From contig JBCCQY010000002.1 of assembly GCA_039208735.1 (NCBI GenBank), positions 111,429 to 175,428 on the forward strand: a stretch of 64,000 nt of DNA, written 5' to 3'. Source of the stretch: Myxococcota bacterium. Its GTDB lineage: Bacteria; Myxococcota_A; UBA796; GCA-2862545. Each line of letters starts with the position of its first letter. Position 1 is the first letter of the stretch. The notes below the pieces were generated by a model. The model had not been told where the DNA came from. It saw nothing but the letters and a program-made list of their open reading frames with translations, and did no database searches. Of this stretch, positions 10,487-19,938 are shown one piece after another. Both the position numbers and the translations under genes were made by a program.

Positions 10487-13400
10487 CTACCGGCGCGCAC
10501 GCATCGTGGTTGCCACGAGGCCCTGGACGATGCGGCCGAAGCGGCGCACCGCATCGCCGGTTTCATCGTTCAGCACCTCGACGTAATGGTCGAAACAGGG
10601 CTCGCGAATCGGCGCGACCGCGACCTGGGCGCAGGCCATGCCTTCGCGAGAGAGTCTGCGGACCAGCCCGATGAGTGCGTTCGAGGTGCACTCCGTGGGA
10701 AGCCCATCGCTGATCATGACGAGGAGCTTGACGTCGCGGGGGCTTCGTCGCGCCAGCGTTGCGACATGGTGCAACGCCGCCGCATCGTTGTTGCCGCCCT
10801 CCGTACGCAAGGCATGGGCCGCACTGCGCATGGCGTTGCCCGCATCGAACAGCTTCGAGTCGGTAAAGCCAAAGGTCCGAAGATCGACGCTCGCCAGTCC
10901 TCGGCAGGCTTCAGCCATCAAGGTTGCAAATCGGCGAGCCCGCTCGAGCCGGGCTCCGCCCATCGAGCCCGAACAATCCACGCAGACGCCGACGAACAGG
11001 TCGTTGGCCGGCATGCGAACCCGACTCACCAAGATGCGCGGATCCCGTCGGAGCGCAGCGTGCACCAAACGCCCTCGATCGATGCGATGCCCTTGGGTGC
11101 GGGGCTTGACCGGTCGGGTGGCCAAGCCCAAATCGGCGAGAGCGGCCCGAAGTTGGCTTGCCGGTCGCTGAACATCACGGGCGAGCCGGGCGTGCGCCAC
11201 CGGATCATGGGACAGGACCTCGATGGTTTCAATGCGGTCGAATTCGGTTTCATCCCCTACATTGATGGTGTCGGGGCCGGCGGCCCCTTCGCCAAACCCC
11301 TTGGGCTTCTCCCGAATGCGCTGGAGTTCATCGGCTTTGCCTTGAACCTCCTCGTCGGTGACCCCACGGCCACCCGGAATCGCCTCACCATCGCCCCCCG
11401 CCGAGGTTTCGTGCAGGTCGACGAGGTCCATGAGGTTGACGTCATCCCCAAACAACTCGTGCAGCGCGAGGGTGACCTTCCACAGTCCCTCGTTGTCGAG
11501 CTTCCGGAACCCCTTCCCAAACAGGGCCAGACCCTTCTCAACGAGCGGATCCCCGTGCCGATTGCCAAGCCCCATGCGCAGGGCCCGCACAAAGCGGGCG
11601 AAGCTCGATCCCTCGGCTTCGAGCTGCCGGAACAGCCGGCCCATTTCGATGGTGACGCAGCCCACCGTCCGCGCCACGCCCATCGAGGTGGCGATGAGGC
11701 GGTCGACCGACATGCCAAGGCGCTCGATGAGCGTGAGCACGTGGATGTCGGTGCGGGTGTGAAGGAACGCCCACGCGGCCAACCGCTTGAGCACAAGGTC
11801 GTAGCCAGGCTTCATCGATCGCAAATTGCGTTCAAGATGCTCGTCGCACACGAGATTGTGAAGACGCTGAAGCTTCTTCTCCCCCGCCCGTTTCCAAACC
11901 TCGAGGCCTTCTCGGCTTGCGTTGTAGAGGTGGTGCCCAAGTTCGTGGATGAGCAGTCCCTTCAGAATCGCCGCGCCATTCCGCTCCCGGCGCAACAGCG
12001 GCAGCGGATTGACGTAGACGCGGTCCTGCTCGAGACGGGTATAGCCGAGCGACTCCCCTCCAATGAGCTGAACGCCGAAGTCCCGATCGAGCAGGTCGCG
12101 GGCCTGGTCGCGCCCCCACAACACAACGCGAGCAAGCCGCCCCACCACCCGTTGCTTGATGTGGCGATTGTCCAGGTGATTAAGGGCTTCACGCTGTACC
12201 GCCTCTTGGTCGCAGTCGTTGAGGATGGCCAGCGCGGCCCTCGTCCGCTCAAACAAGGGCACATGGGAGGCGACAACCGCCGTGAGCAGGGCGCTTGGCG
12301 GCACAAGGTCCGTCCCGGCCAGCACACCGGCTCGCGCGACTTCGTCGGCCCCCCGTGGGGCGAGTTCGACGAAGGGCTGGGTGTCGTTGCGCACCTGCTC
12401 CATGCGCCGCGCGGCCAGGATGGGTGCGCCCAGCGAGTCTCCCCGCGTGGCCAACGCTTCAGCCGCGGTCAGCCGAATCTTGGCCATCCGGTTCCGACCA
12501 TGACGTAAGAACCGTCGTAGCGGCTCAATCTCCCGCCCATCGGGCTCCTCGATCAGCAAGAGCACGGCCCAGCGGTAAGCAGGGAAATGCGGGCTATCGA
12601 CCAGAGCGATGGCAAGTTCCATGCTTCGGTCTGAGGGGGCATGGGCAAGCCAACGCGTGAAACGGGCGTGATCGAGCCACGATCGAGCCTCATCGGTATG
12701 GGGGGCCACCATTGCGGCGACCGCCGGTTCGACGCAATCTACGTCGTCGAGGAACGCTCCTTCCGCCAACGCCAATGCCACGTGGAAGCGCACCTGTGGG
12801 GGGCGCGACGGATCGGCGAGGGTCTCGGCCAGAAGGCGAAGGGCATCCGAGTCCGACACAAGGGCAACCGCCTGGCAGAGCACGGCGGGATTGCGGCCCG
12901 GAGTCTCCACGAGAGCGTGAACGAGCGCGCGTCCGCCTTCTGGAAGCTCGAGAAGGCGCAACGAAGCCAGTTCCGCCCAGCCTCGCTCACCGCGCTGAAC
13001 AATGTCGATGAGCACCGCCACGTCCGTGAGAGATTCCACGCCCTGCGGCACCTCCACGGTCTCGCCCGGCGGCTCCTCCGTCCCCGACGGTGGTTCGACG
13101 CCCAGCCACGCAGCGAGTTCGGCGACGGTTCGCGGAGGAAGCTCCCCGAGTCGGGCTTCCACAGGCTCGCGATACGCCGAGAGGTCGATGCCCAAATGCA
13201 CCATCGCGTTCAAGATCAGGGCCGCCTGTCGGGTGACGTCGGCGAAATCGGGGCGACTGGCAACATAGGCCCGGGGTGAGCCCGACGTGGCGTTCGCTCC
13301 ATCGAAGGAACGGACGACGATCGTCAAGAATCGATCGTGCGCCACCTCGACCAGCGTTGTCGGCACACGCCACCGCCAACGACCGCACAAGTGCCGAACG

Positions 13401-15562
13401 GCTTGCCACAGTCGATGCCGAAGCCGAGTGGACGGGAGCTCGAGCGAACGGGCCAGGACGGCGGCGAGGTCCTGGGCCTGGTCGGTCGCCCACGACACAA
13501 AGACGGAAAACGGGCGATCCCAGCGCCACAACCATGCCGCCATCGCCGTTCCCACCTGATCGTCCTGACCAAAGTTCTTGACGGCGCGGGTCTCGAGTTC
13601 GTGCCAAAACGCGTCGGTGGATTCGCTGTAGTCCTCCAGAAGCCGGCCAACCGATTCGAGACGATCCCCAGACAACAACAGGGCCAAGCATGCCTCGATG
13701 CTGGGCTGTGGCTTGCGGTTGTCCAGCGCTTCAACGACCCCGCGGCTGCGCGCGGACAACGCCGGAGCCAACGCCGTGGCAAGCTGCTTGGGAGTCGCGG
13801 TCTTGATTCGGTTGAGTTCGGCATTGGTAAGACCACGGCCTGGCGAGGCCTCGGCCAACCGGGCCATGGCGACCTCGACCGGCGCCAAAACCTCGCGTGC
13901 CCATGCCTGAATGCCCGAATGCCCATGGTGTTGCAGGGCTTTGGCCACCTCCTGCTGCAACGCCCAGGGCAGCGCATCTTCCTTGCGATCCAAGTCGACG
14001 AGCCGCTGCAGCGCTGCACCGGACAGATCATCCACCACGGAAGACCCCAGAGCCACCAAGGCCTGCGTCACCAAGTGATGGACGAACCCACCCGACAACG
14101 CCTGCTCCAGCACCGCGGAAAGCGCGGCCACCGTGTTGAACGGAGGGTGGCGAGCCAGCTTCGTGACGTGCCGCTCGCGGATGGCTCCGTTCCGATCCAG
14201 ACTGGCGAGAGCGGCAAGAACCTCCCGCAACAATGCATCCTGTTCCGCTTCCCCCCAGTCCGAGGGGCGAGCTTCGAGCAGCAACAAGGCCTCTTTGGGA
14301 AGCCGTACGGCAGCGTGCGCGATGAGGGTCGCGGTGGCGCGTCCATGCTGGTTCAGCACGTCCAACAACAGCGTTCGGCGAGCGGACTTGTCACGGCGCG
14401 TCTGCACCGGTACCGCGAGCAGCCGGCCCCCCGCGTCTGGGTCCTCCACCATCGCGTTGACCAGCGCATCCCGGCGAAGGTCCGGATGCTGCAGCAGCGT
14501 GTCGAACGCGTTGGGCCCCGCCAGCCGGACCAACCCGGTCAGCCCGTCGATCGACACCGCGTCCCAGGGCACGTGCTCAAACAGCCCGTCTTGCACCTCG
14601 GAGGGGAGACTCCCTTGGACCGCGCGGGCGTAGTGTGGCAACGCGGGCCACAGCCGATCGGGGTGCATCAGACGGGCCAGGCCAGGGAACCCCGCCAGAG
14701 CCAATGCCAACCCGAGGGGCCACCAATCCAACTTCGAAAGCACCACCACCACACTGATCGCCAGGCGACGTTCGTGGTCGGTCAGCGCACCGCCCGATGC
14801 GACGTCGTGGAGCCACTGTTCCACGATGCTTGTCGCATGTGGATCTTCGGCCATCGCTCCACTGATGATGGTTCGAACCAACTCATCCAAACTGTCGGAC
14901 TGGGACCGCCACGCGAGGATTTGCTCGCCCAACGGCTCGTCCTTGGTGGGCGCCGGATTCCGGGTCGCGGAAAAGACGGTGACGATGGCCTCGAGCTGAT
15001 GACGCCAATCCAGACTGGCCAAGCAACGGAAGACCAGCCCCGTGGCCAGACCGCCCCGTTTGGTCAGGCGCATCAGATCACCGACGCTGCCCGGCTCGAG
15101 CCCATGTACGAGCAGGCGGGCCTCGAGCATCGGCCCCACCTCGGGGTCGCCAAGCAACGGCAGCAACGACCACTGTGGCATCGCGGCATGGCTCGGCATC
15201 GCCTCGAGGGTCTGTTGACGGACATCGGACCGCGGATGGTACAGCCCGTGGACCCACAGCAATCGGTCCATCCGACCCACCACGGCACACGACCGCATCG
15301 CGGCGGCCCGAACCGCGTCCTCCTCATCGTCGAGGGCTCGAACCAGAGCCGTGCGGGCCCCGAGTCCGGTGGCCCCCTCAAAGGCCGCGAGGGCCGCCAC
15401 CCGAACGGCCGGCGCATCATGGTCCAACAATGCCTCGACCCGTGCGAAATACGGCCAACGGTCTGAGGCCGAAAGCTCCGCGAGGGCGTCGAGCCACTCA
15501 ACCAGCTCATCATCCGACCGTTCCGGGTCGGTGAGGGCGTTCCAACAATCCAAGTCACGCAT
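10487..15562 (-). CDS. Giant HEAT-repeat / HExxH peptidase-like / VWA domain protein (about 1690 aa)
   Basis: HEAT repeats (LLDHDAPAVRVAAL, ALDDEEDAVRAAA), LIHELGHH...HNLVCDEHLE, C-terminal MIDAS VDCSGSM...GGNND...ISDG. Start set at MRDLDCW; the ORF-track extension to 15883 looks non-coding. Confidence 0.85.
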   Translation of the reverse strand: MRDLDCWNALTDPERSDDELVEWLDALAELSASDRWPYFARVEALLDHDAPAVRVAALAAFEGATGLGARTALVRALDDEEDAVRAAAMRSCAVVGRMDRLLWVHGLYHPRSDVRQQTLEAMPSHAAMPQWSLLPLLGDPEVGPMLEARLLVHGLEPGSVGDLMRLTKRGGLATGLVFRCLASLDWRHQLEAIVTVFSATRNPAPTKDEPLGEQILAWRSQSDSLDELVRTIISGAMAEDPHATSIVEQWLHDVASGGALTDHERRLAISVVVVLSKLDWWPLGLALALAGFPGLARLMHPDRLWPALPHYARAVQGSLPSEVQDGLFEHVPWDAVSIDGLTGLVRLAGPNAFDTLLQHPDLRRDALVNAMVEDPDAGGRLLAVPVQTRRDKSARRTLLLDVLNQHGRATATLIAHAAVRLPKEALLLLEARPSDWGEAEQDALLREVLAALASLDRNGAIRERHVTKLARHPPFNTVAALSAVLEQALSGGFVHHLVTQALVALGSSVVDDLSGAALQRLVDLDRKEDALPWALQQEVAKALQHHGHSGIQAWAREVLAPVEVAMARLAEASPGRGLTNAELNRIKTATPKQLATALAPALSARSRGVVEALDNRKPQPSIEACLALLLSGDRLESVGRLLEDYSESTDAFWHELETRAVKNFGQDDQVGTAMAAWLWRWDRPFSVFVSWATDQAQDLAAVLARSLELPSTRLRHRLWQAVRHLCGRWRWRVPTTLVEVAHDRFLTIVVRSFDGANATSGSPRAYVASRPDFADVTRQAALILNAMVHLGIDLSAYREPVEARLGELPPRTVAELAAWLGVEPPSGTEEPPGETVEVPQGVESLTDVAVLIDIVQRGERGWAELASLRLLELPEGGRALVHALVETPGRNPAVLCQAVALVSDSDALRLLAETLADPSRPPQVRFHVALALAEGAFLDDVDCVEPAVAAMVAPHTDEARSWLDHARFTRWLAHAPSDRSMELAIALVDSPHFPAYRWAVLLLIEEPDGREIEPLRRFLRHGRNRMAKIRLTAAEALATRGDSLGAPILAARRMEQVRNDTQPFVELAPRGADEVARAGVLAGTDLVPPSALLTAVVASHVPLFERTRAALAILNDCDQEAVQREALNHLDNRHIKQRVVGRLARVVLWGRDQARDLLDRDFGVQLIGGESLGYTRLEQDRVYVNPLPLLRRERNGAAILKGLLIHELGHHLYNASREGLEVWKRAGEKKLQRLHNLVCDEHLERNLRSMKPGYDLVLKRLAAWAFLHTRTDIHVLTLIERLGMSVDRLIATSMGVARTVGCVTIEMGRLFRQLEAEGSSFARFVRALRMGLGNRHGDPLVEKGLALFGKGFRKLDNEGLWKVTLALHELFGDDVNLMDLVDLHETSAGGDGEAIPGGRGVTDEEVQGKADELQRIREKPKGFGEGAAGPDTINVGDETEFDRIETIEVLSHDPVAHARLARDVQRPASQLRAALADLGLATRPVKPRTQGHRIDRGRLVHAALRRDPRILVSRVRMPANDLFVGVCVDCSGSMGGARLERARRFATLMAEACRGLASVDLRTFGFTDSKLFDAGNAMRSAAHALRTEGGNNDAAALHHVATLARRSPRDVKLLVMISDGLPTECTSNALIGLVRRLSREGMACAQVAVAPIREPCFDHYVEVLNDETGDAVRRFGRIVQGLVATTMRARR

Positions 15563-15599
15563 GACGTGCCCTATGGGTACACCACGGCGGTCCGATGAC

Positions 15600-16130
15600 G
15601 GGGGCATGACCTCGCACCCGGGGAGCCGGACCGGGCCCACCACGCCGTTCGTGAACGGGCGCCACGTAGCCGTGGCCCCCGATCGCCCGGCGACCCACGA
15701 GGGGCCGCAGCGTTGTGTTTCCGATCCTGGGTTGGGAGTGCATCGAAGGAAGCGACAAGCCGAGGACCAAAGAAGGGCGGATGCATCCGAAGATGTCATC
15801 GAGGTGGTTGAAATGCCCTTCGGTCGTGCGCGCAGCCCGCTCCCACCTGAGAAGACTGGATGCTCGCGCACCTCACCCTGCACCTTCCTGACAACCGGGG
15901 AAGGTTCAGAGGCCCATGCGTCGCAAACTCATGGGCTAACTCCACTTGCGACCGAAGCCGCAGCGTTCAGCTCACGTCGTACGAAGGAAACGTCCGAAAC
16001 CGGACCGCCGTAGTGTCAAAGAACCGGGTCGAACCAGGACAGAACCTGAACGACAGCGAGAGGCGCAAAACGCGCACGACTCATGACGGCTCCAAGAAGG
16101 AAAGTGAAGAACGCTCTTTCGAGCTTCTAC
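15600..16130 (-). ncRNA. Candidate long structured RNA / 5' leader upstream of the VWA-MoxR operon
   Basis: Many hairpins, with stable tetraloops on the minus strand (cUUCGg at 15780-15800 and 15947-15962, GAAA at 16113-16124). No convincing ORF. Boundaries approximate. Confidence 0.4.
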
Positions 16131-16136
16131 ATTCCT

Positions 16137-16163
16137 ATTATGGGGTCTCTGGATGGGGGTCAA
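16137..16163 (-). promoter_or_regulatory. Possible sigma70-type promoter
   Basis: Minus-strand TTGACC-N15-CATAAT in an AT-richer patch. The spacer is shorter than optimal. Confidence 0.35.
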
Positions 16164-16258
16164 TAGAAAGAGATCTGCATCACCAGGGCCTTGTCGCGAC
16201 GTTGCATATCGAACAGCCCGCCCTATTCAGGCTCGACGACCCCTACCTTCCCTAGGAT

Positions 16259-16406
16259 CGCGGTGTTCAGGACCCCGAAGGAGGGGCGGTGCACGAAACG
16301 GCCGCCCGATGCGCAGGCCCCGGGTGGATTTTCGTAACGGATCCAACGACAAGGCCGCCTGCGTCAGGGTTTCCGACACAGACGGCCAAGGGCCTCAACA
16401 CGGGCG
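16259..16406. ncRNA. Candidate rod-shaped RNA with central bubble (6S-like architecture)
   Basis: Outer pairing cgcggtgttcaggaccc / gggcctcaacacgggcg, inner pairing cccgatgcgcaggc / gcctgcgtcaggg, apical tggat...atcca hairpin. Confidence 0.3.
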
Positions 16407-16414
16407 AAGGTTCT

Positions 16415-18808
16415 TTATGGCAGGAACTGCACCGGTGGCTGGGCCGCACACCCCACTTGACCATCGTTGTGGGGAGCGGGAGCGGGTTCGATGCCGAGCG
16501 TCGTGCTGCTGCCCAGGACCGAGGCCGCACCGTAGCCCTCGACGCGCCACCCGCCCTCGGCCAACTGTGCGCCAAGGTGGGTTCCCGCCATCACCGCGGG
16601 CTTGTCGAGCTTGACCAGAGCCCCGTCTCCCGTCGCATCCTGCACGCGGAACCCCAGCGGGATGCTCGCAAGACCGGACCCGTTCGAATTGAGGTAGACC
16701 GCGTCGAGGAAAGCGAGGTCGAAGCGATCGAGGGTGATGCCGAGGGGAATGCTCGCAAGGCCGCTTCCATCCAACGATGCGAGCATCACGGGAACTTCGT
16801 CCTGACTGACGCCCAAGGTGACGGTTTCGACCGACGTATCGAGGTCGTCGAGGGTCTTAGGCGTCAACACCAAGCCCAATGGAATGGACGCCAGCCCGGA
16901 GCCGCTGTCGACGAGGCTGTAGCCCTCACCTACGCGTCCCAGCACGGGGTCTTGATGGTCCGACCACCCCCACGCGAGCATCGCCTGGTTCGTGGCCGGC
17001 TCCGCCCGCAAGGCCCCCACGAGGTCCTGGAAGGCATCGGTGGCCGTGACGGCAGCCCTTGGGCGGTGCGTCGTTTGGGACGCCTCGTCGCTGTGCAACT
17101 CGACGAGGGACTGCACGGCAATGGCCCAGGCAACAGCTGGGAACTCGCCCGTGCTCAAATCCCTCATGACATGGGTGCCCCGCGTGGTGCAGACCCCATT
17201 CGAATCGGTGGTGCAGAACACGGTCTCGTCGCCATTACCCCAAATGTTGGCGTACACCTTCACGTTGTCGGCACGCGCACCATCATCGGTGAAGACGGTG
17301 ATTCGAACCTTGGGCCGAACCGCATCGCCATGGTCATCAACGGCGAGGTAGGGCAACATCGCGACATAGAAGGAACGAGGGTCAGGTGCGACGGAGGGCA
17401 CCTCTTCGTCCACGTCGAGGTAGCCCGACCCGCGGCCGGACCAAACGTCCCTCCCCGTCGCGGCCTCCTTGAGCAGCAGCTCGACCTCGCGACGGTCGTA
17501 CCCTGCTTCGACCAACGGTACGGCTGCGCCACTCACCATGGCAGCGGCCTGGCTGGTCCCAGCCATCAGCCAGTACCCCATTTCCGTAGGCTGCCCCGTG
17601 GCGAACGTCTCGGCCAGGATTCCATCCGGGATGCCGTCGCCATCGTGGTCGTCGTGCAGGTCTCCCCCCGGCGCGAGCAGGTCGATGGCGGCGCTCGCGT
17701 TGGAGTAGCTGGGGACGCCTTCACTGCTGAAATCGCCGTAGGACCGTTGGTTGGCGGCCCCGACGGCGATGACTTCCGGACTCGCCGCAGGCCAGGTGAT
17801 GCGGTCCGCCCCATCGTTGCCCGCCGCCGCCACCATCACGATGCCCGCATCCGCCGCGGCCTGAAGGGCCTCTTGGAGGGCCAATGACGGCACGTAGTCT
17901 TGGTGGAACGACAGACTCATGTTGATGATGTCGGCCCCGTGCTGCACGGCGTGCCAAATCCCTTCGATGAGCGCCGCTTCATGGCCCTGGTTGTGCTCGT
18001 CGAGCACCTTGATCGGCATCAGCGAGGCGCCTTGGGCGACCCCGTGCAGGGCGCCCCCATCGGAAGCAATCACCGAGGCGATGTGCGTGCCATGCTGGTG
18101 GTCGTCGTTTGCGTGCGGGTCGTCGTTGATGAAGTCGTGGGGCGAAACGATGGCACTCGAGGCAAGCGACGGAGCCGCAACGTAGGACGTCCCGCTGCGG
18201 GTGATGGTCTCATAGGCGACGCCTGTGTCGAGCACTGCGACGACCACGCTCGACGAATCGACCGAGCACGCCGGGTCCAGCTCGTCGAGGTACCACTGGT
18301 GCGACTCGAATGCCGGATCGTCACCGCAATCAGACCCGGCCCCCACGATTCGGCCATTGGCACCGCTTGCCTGGACCCGAGGGTCTTGCGACGCGGCCGC
18401 CAACGCCTCTGTGGTCCCGCCCAACAGCCCATAGCCCGAGGGCCCCGCGGCCCGAAGCACGTCCAGGTCGTAATCAGCGGCAAGATCGGACAAGTCCTCG
18501 GGGTCAGTAAGGCGTACCAGCCGCTGACCCGGCACATAGGCGTCGGCAAAGGTGACCTGCGAAGCATCGTCAGACAGCGCCGAAGTGGTCACACTCGAGG
18601 CGGGCGCCACTGGTTTGAAGGGGCGAGACCCCACTTCAACGGTGGGCCCTGTCACAAGGGTGGGAGTTGCAGGCGGGTTCGGCGGGTCCGATGACCAAAG
18701 CAGGACAATCATAGCGAGCAACGCGCTCGCAGCAGCAACCGGACGGGCTCTCACAAGGGCCTCCGCGACGGTGAGGTTCGCAGGCCCTCTCGGTTCAATG
18801 AGCGTCAC
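16415..18808 (-). CDS. S8 (subtilisin-like) serine peptidase, N-terminally anchored, with C-terminal GSGLASIPLG repeats
   Basis: Catalytic VLDTG / HQHGTHIA / AGTSQAA, oxyanion AAAGND, N-terminal hydrophobic segment. Start uncertain. Confidence 0.9.
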   Translation of the reverse strand: MTLIEPRGPANLTVAEALVRARPVAAASALLAMIVLLWSSDPPNPPATPTLVTGPTVEVGSRPFKPVAPASSVTTSALSDDASQVTFADAYVPGQRLVRLTDPEDLSDLAADYDLDVLRAAGPSGYGLLGGTTEALAAASQDPRVQASGANGRIVGAGSDCGDDPAFESHQWYLDELDPACSVDSSSVVVAVLDTGVAYETITRSGTSYVAAPSLASSAIVSPHDFINDDPHANDDHQHGTHIASVIASDGGALHGVAQGASLMPIKVLDEHNQGHEAALIEGIWHAVQHGADIINMSLSFHQDYVPSLALQEALQAAADAGIVMVAAAGNDGADRITWPAASPEVIAVGAANQRSYGDFSSEGVPSYSNASAAIDLLAPGGDLHDDHDGDGIPDGILAETFATGQPTEMGYWLMAGTSQAAAMVSGAAVPLVEAGYDRREVELLLKEAATGRDVWSGRGSGYLDVDEEVPSVAPDPRSFYVAMLPYLAVDDHGDAVRPKVRITVFTDDGARADNVKVYANIWGNGDETVFCTTDSNGVCTTRGTHVMRDLSTGEFPAVAWAIAVQSLVELHSDEASQTTHRPRAAVTATDAFQDLVGALRAEPATNQAMLAWGWSDHQDPVLGRVGEGYSLVDSGSGLASIPLGLVLTPKTLDDLDTSVETVTLGVSQDEVPVMLASLDGSGLASIPLGITLDRFDLAFLDAVYLNSNGSGLASIPLGFRVQDATGDGALVKLDKPAVMAGTHLGAQLAEGGWRVEGYGAASVLGSSTTLGIEPAPAPHNDGQVGCAAQPPVQFLP

Positions 18809-18863
18809 ATTGAAATCGGATTCGCGTGTGTGACGCCTGCGAGAAACCCGGGACTACCCCACC

Positions 18864-19376
18864 GTGAGCCCTTCGCCCCAAGACGGACTGTTCCAAGCCG
18901 CGGTGGCCCAGCATGGGCCCGCCATCCAGCGACTTGCGCGGACCTACGAGGCCCACCCCTCGCGCCGTGAGGAACTGCTCCAGGACATTTGGCTTGCCCT
19001 TTGGCAGGCCCTCGGCCGATTCCGACAAGAGGCCTCGCTGCGGACTTTCGTGTTCCGGGTCGCCCACAACGTGGCCATCAAGCACGTTCGCAGGGACGCA
19101 AAAGGTCGTGAAGACGTTGAGCTTCCCGAAACGCTGAGGGCGGATGACCCCGAACCAGCCGAACGCTTGGACCGCGAACAGCGTCGACAGCACTTGCTCC
19201 ATGCGGTTCGTGCGTTGCCTGACCCCGATCGGCAACTTGCCATGTTGCACCTCGAGGGACTGTCCAACGCAGAAGTCGCCGAAGTCAGCGGTCTATCGCC
19301 CAGCAACGTGGGCACCCGCCTCCACCGCATTCGTGGCCGTCTGCGGCAAGCCCTTCAGGAACTTGAACATGGATGA
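18864..19376 (+). CDS. ECF RNA polymerase sigma factor
   Basis: Region 2 EELLQDIWLALW...FRQEASLRTFVFRVAHN and region 4 LEGLSNAEVAEVSGLSPSNVGTRLHR. Confidence 0.93.
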   Translation: MSPSPQDGLFQAAVAQHGPAIQRLARTYEAHPSRREELLQDIWLALWQALGRFRQEASLRTFVFRVAHNVAIKHVRRDAKGREDVELPETLRADDPEPAERLDREQRRQHLLHAVRALPDPDRQLAMLHLEGLSNAEVAEVSGLSPSNVGTRLHRIRGRLRQALQELEHG

Positions 19377-19929
19377 TGACTTGACCACCCTGTGGCGCAA
19401 CGACGACGAACCGGGACCGCAGGTTGACCTGCGGGGCATTCGAAAATCGAACCGGACTTTTCGCCGACAGATTGCCCTCCGCAACGGGGGGGAACTGTTC
19501 GCGGCGGGCGTGGTCGTGGCCTGGTTCGGTGCCCGCGCCCTGGCAACCGATGATCCCTGGACCGCCTTGGCCTTCGGACTGTGCTCGCTGGGGGGACTCA
19601 TCGTCGGCGGGCTCATCTGGTGGAGAGGGGATTCCCCCGAGGCGGAACCCGAAGATTCGTTAGCTGCCTTCGTCGACGAGCACCGTACGGCCTTGCTCTA
19701 CCAAGCCCGCCTCCTCGAAACGGTCCCCCTTTGGTACATCGGGCCGCTCTTGCCCGGTTTGGGGCTCCTCCTGTTCCTGCGAACACCCGCACCCGGCGAA
19801 GAAGGATTTGGGACGGGCCTCGTGGTCATTGCCTGCAACGTCGCGTTCCTCGCCTTCGTCATCGCCATCAATCGGTCCGCGGCTCGCCAACTGCGACGGA
19901 AGGCCGAAGTGCTGCCCGAATGGAGTTAA
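19369..19929 (+). CDS. Membrane protein, probable anti-sigma partner
   Basis: Overlaps the ECF stop. DDLTTLW N-terminus, 4 TM segments, WYIGPLLPG motif. Confidence 0.75.
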   Translation: MDDDLTTLWRNDDEPGPQVDLRGIRKSNRTFRRQIALRNGGELFAAGVVVAWFGARALATDDPWTALAFGLCSLGGLIVGGLIWWRGDSPEAEPEDSLAAFVDEHRTALLYQARLLETVPLWYIGPLLPGLGLLLFLRTPAPGEEGFGTGLVVIACNVAFLAFVIAINRSAARQLRRKAEVLPEWS

Positions 19930-19938
19930 GCGCCCGGC

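Noticed and set aside
10586..15466. Long plus-strand ORFs (640 and 709 aa) opposite the VWA gene
   Set aside because: Antisense shadow ORFs typical of high-GC coding DNA, with no motifs.
15563..15883. 107-aa N-terminal extension of the VWA protein in the ORF track
   Set aside because: Atypical composition and it coincides with hairpin-rich sequence. The domain-like sequence starts at MRDLDCW.
16020..16045. T-loop-like GGTTCGAC suggesting a tRNA
   Set aside because: No cloverleaf or acceptor stem could be built.
16267..16290. CAGG...GAAGGA resemblance to the SRP RNA core
   Set aside because: Lacks the conserved AGCAG and the correct stem geometry.
16289..17887. 532-aa plus-strand ORF
   Set aside because: Shadow of the S8 peptidase gene.
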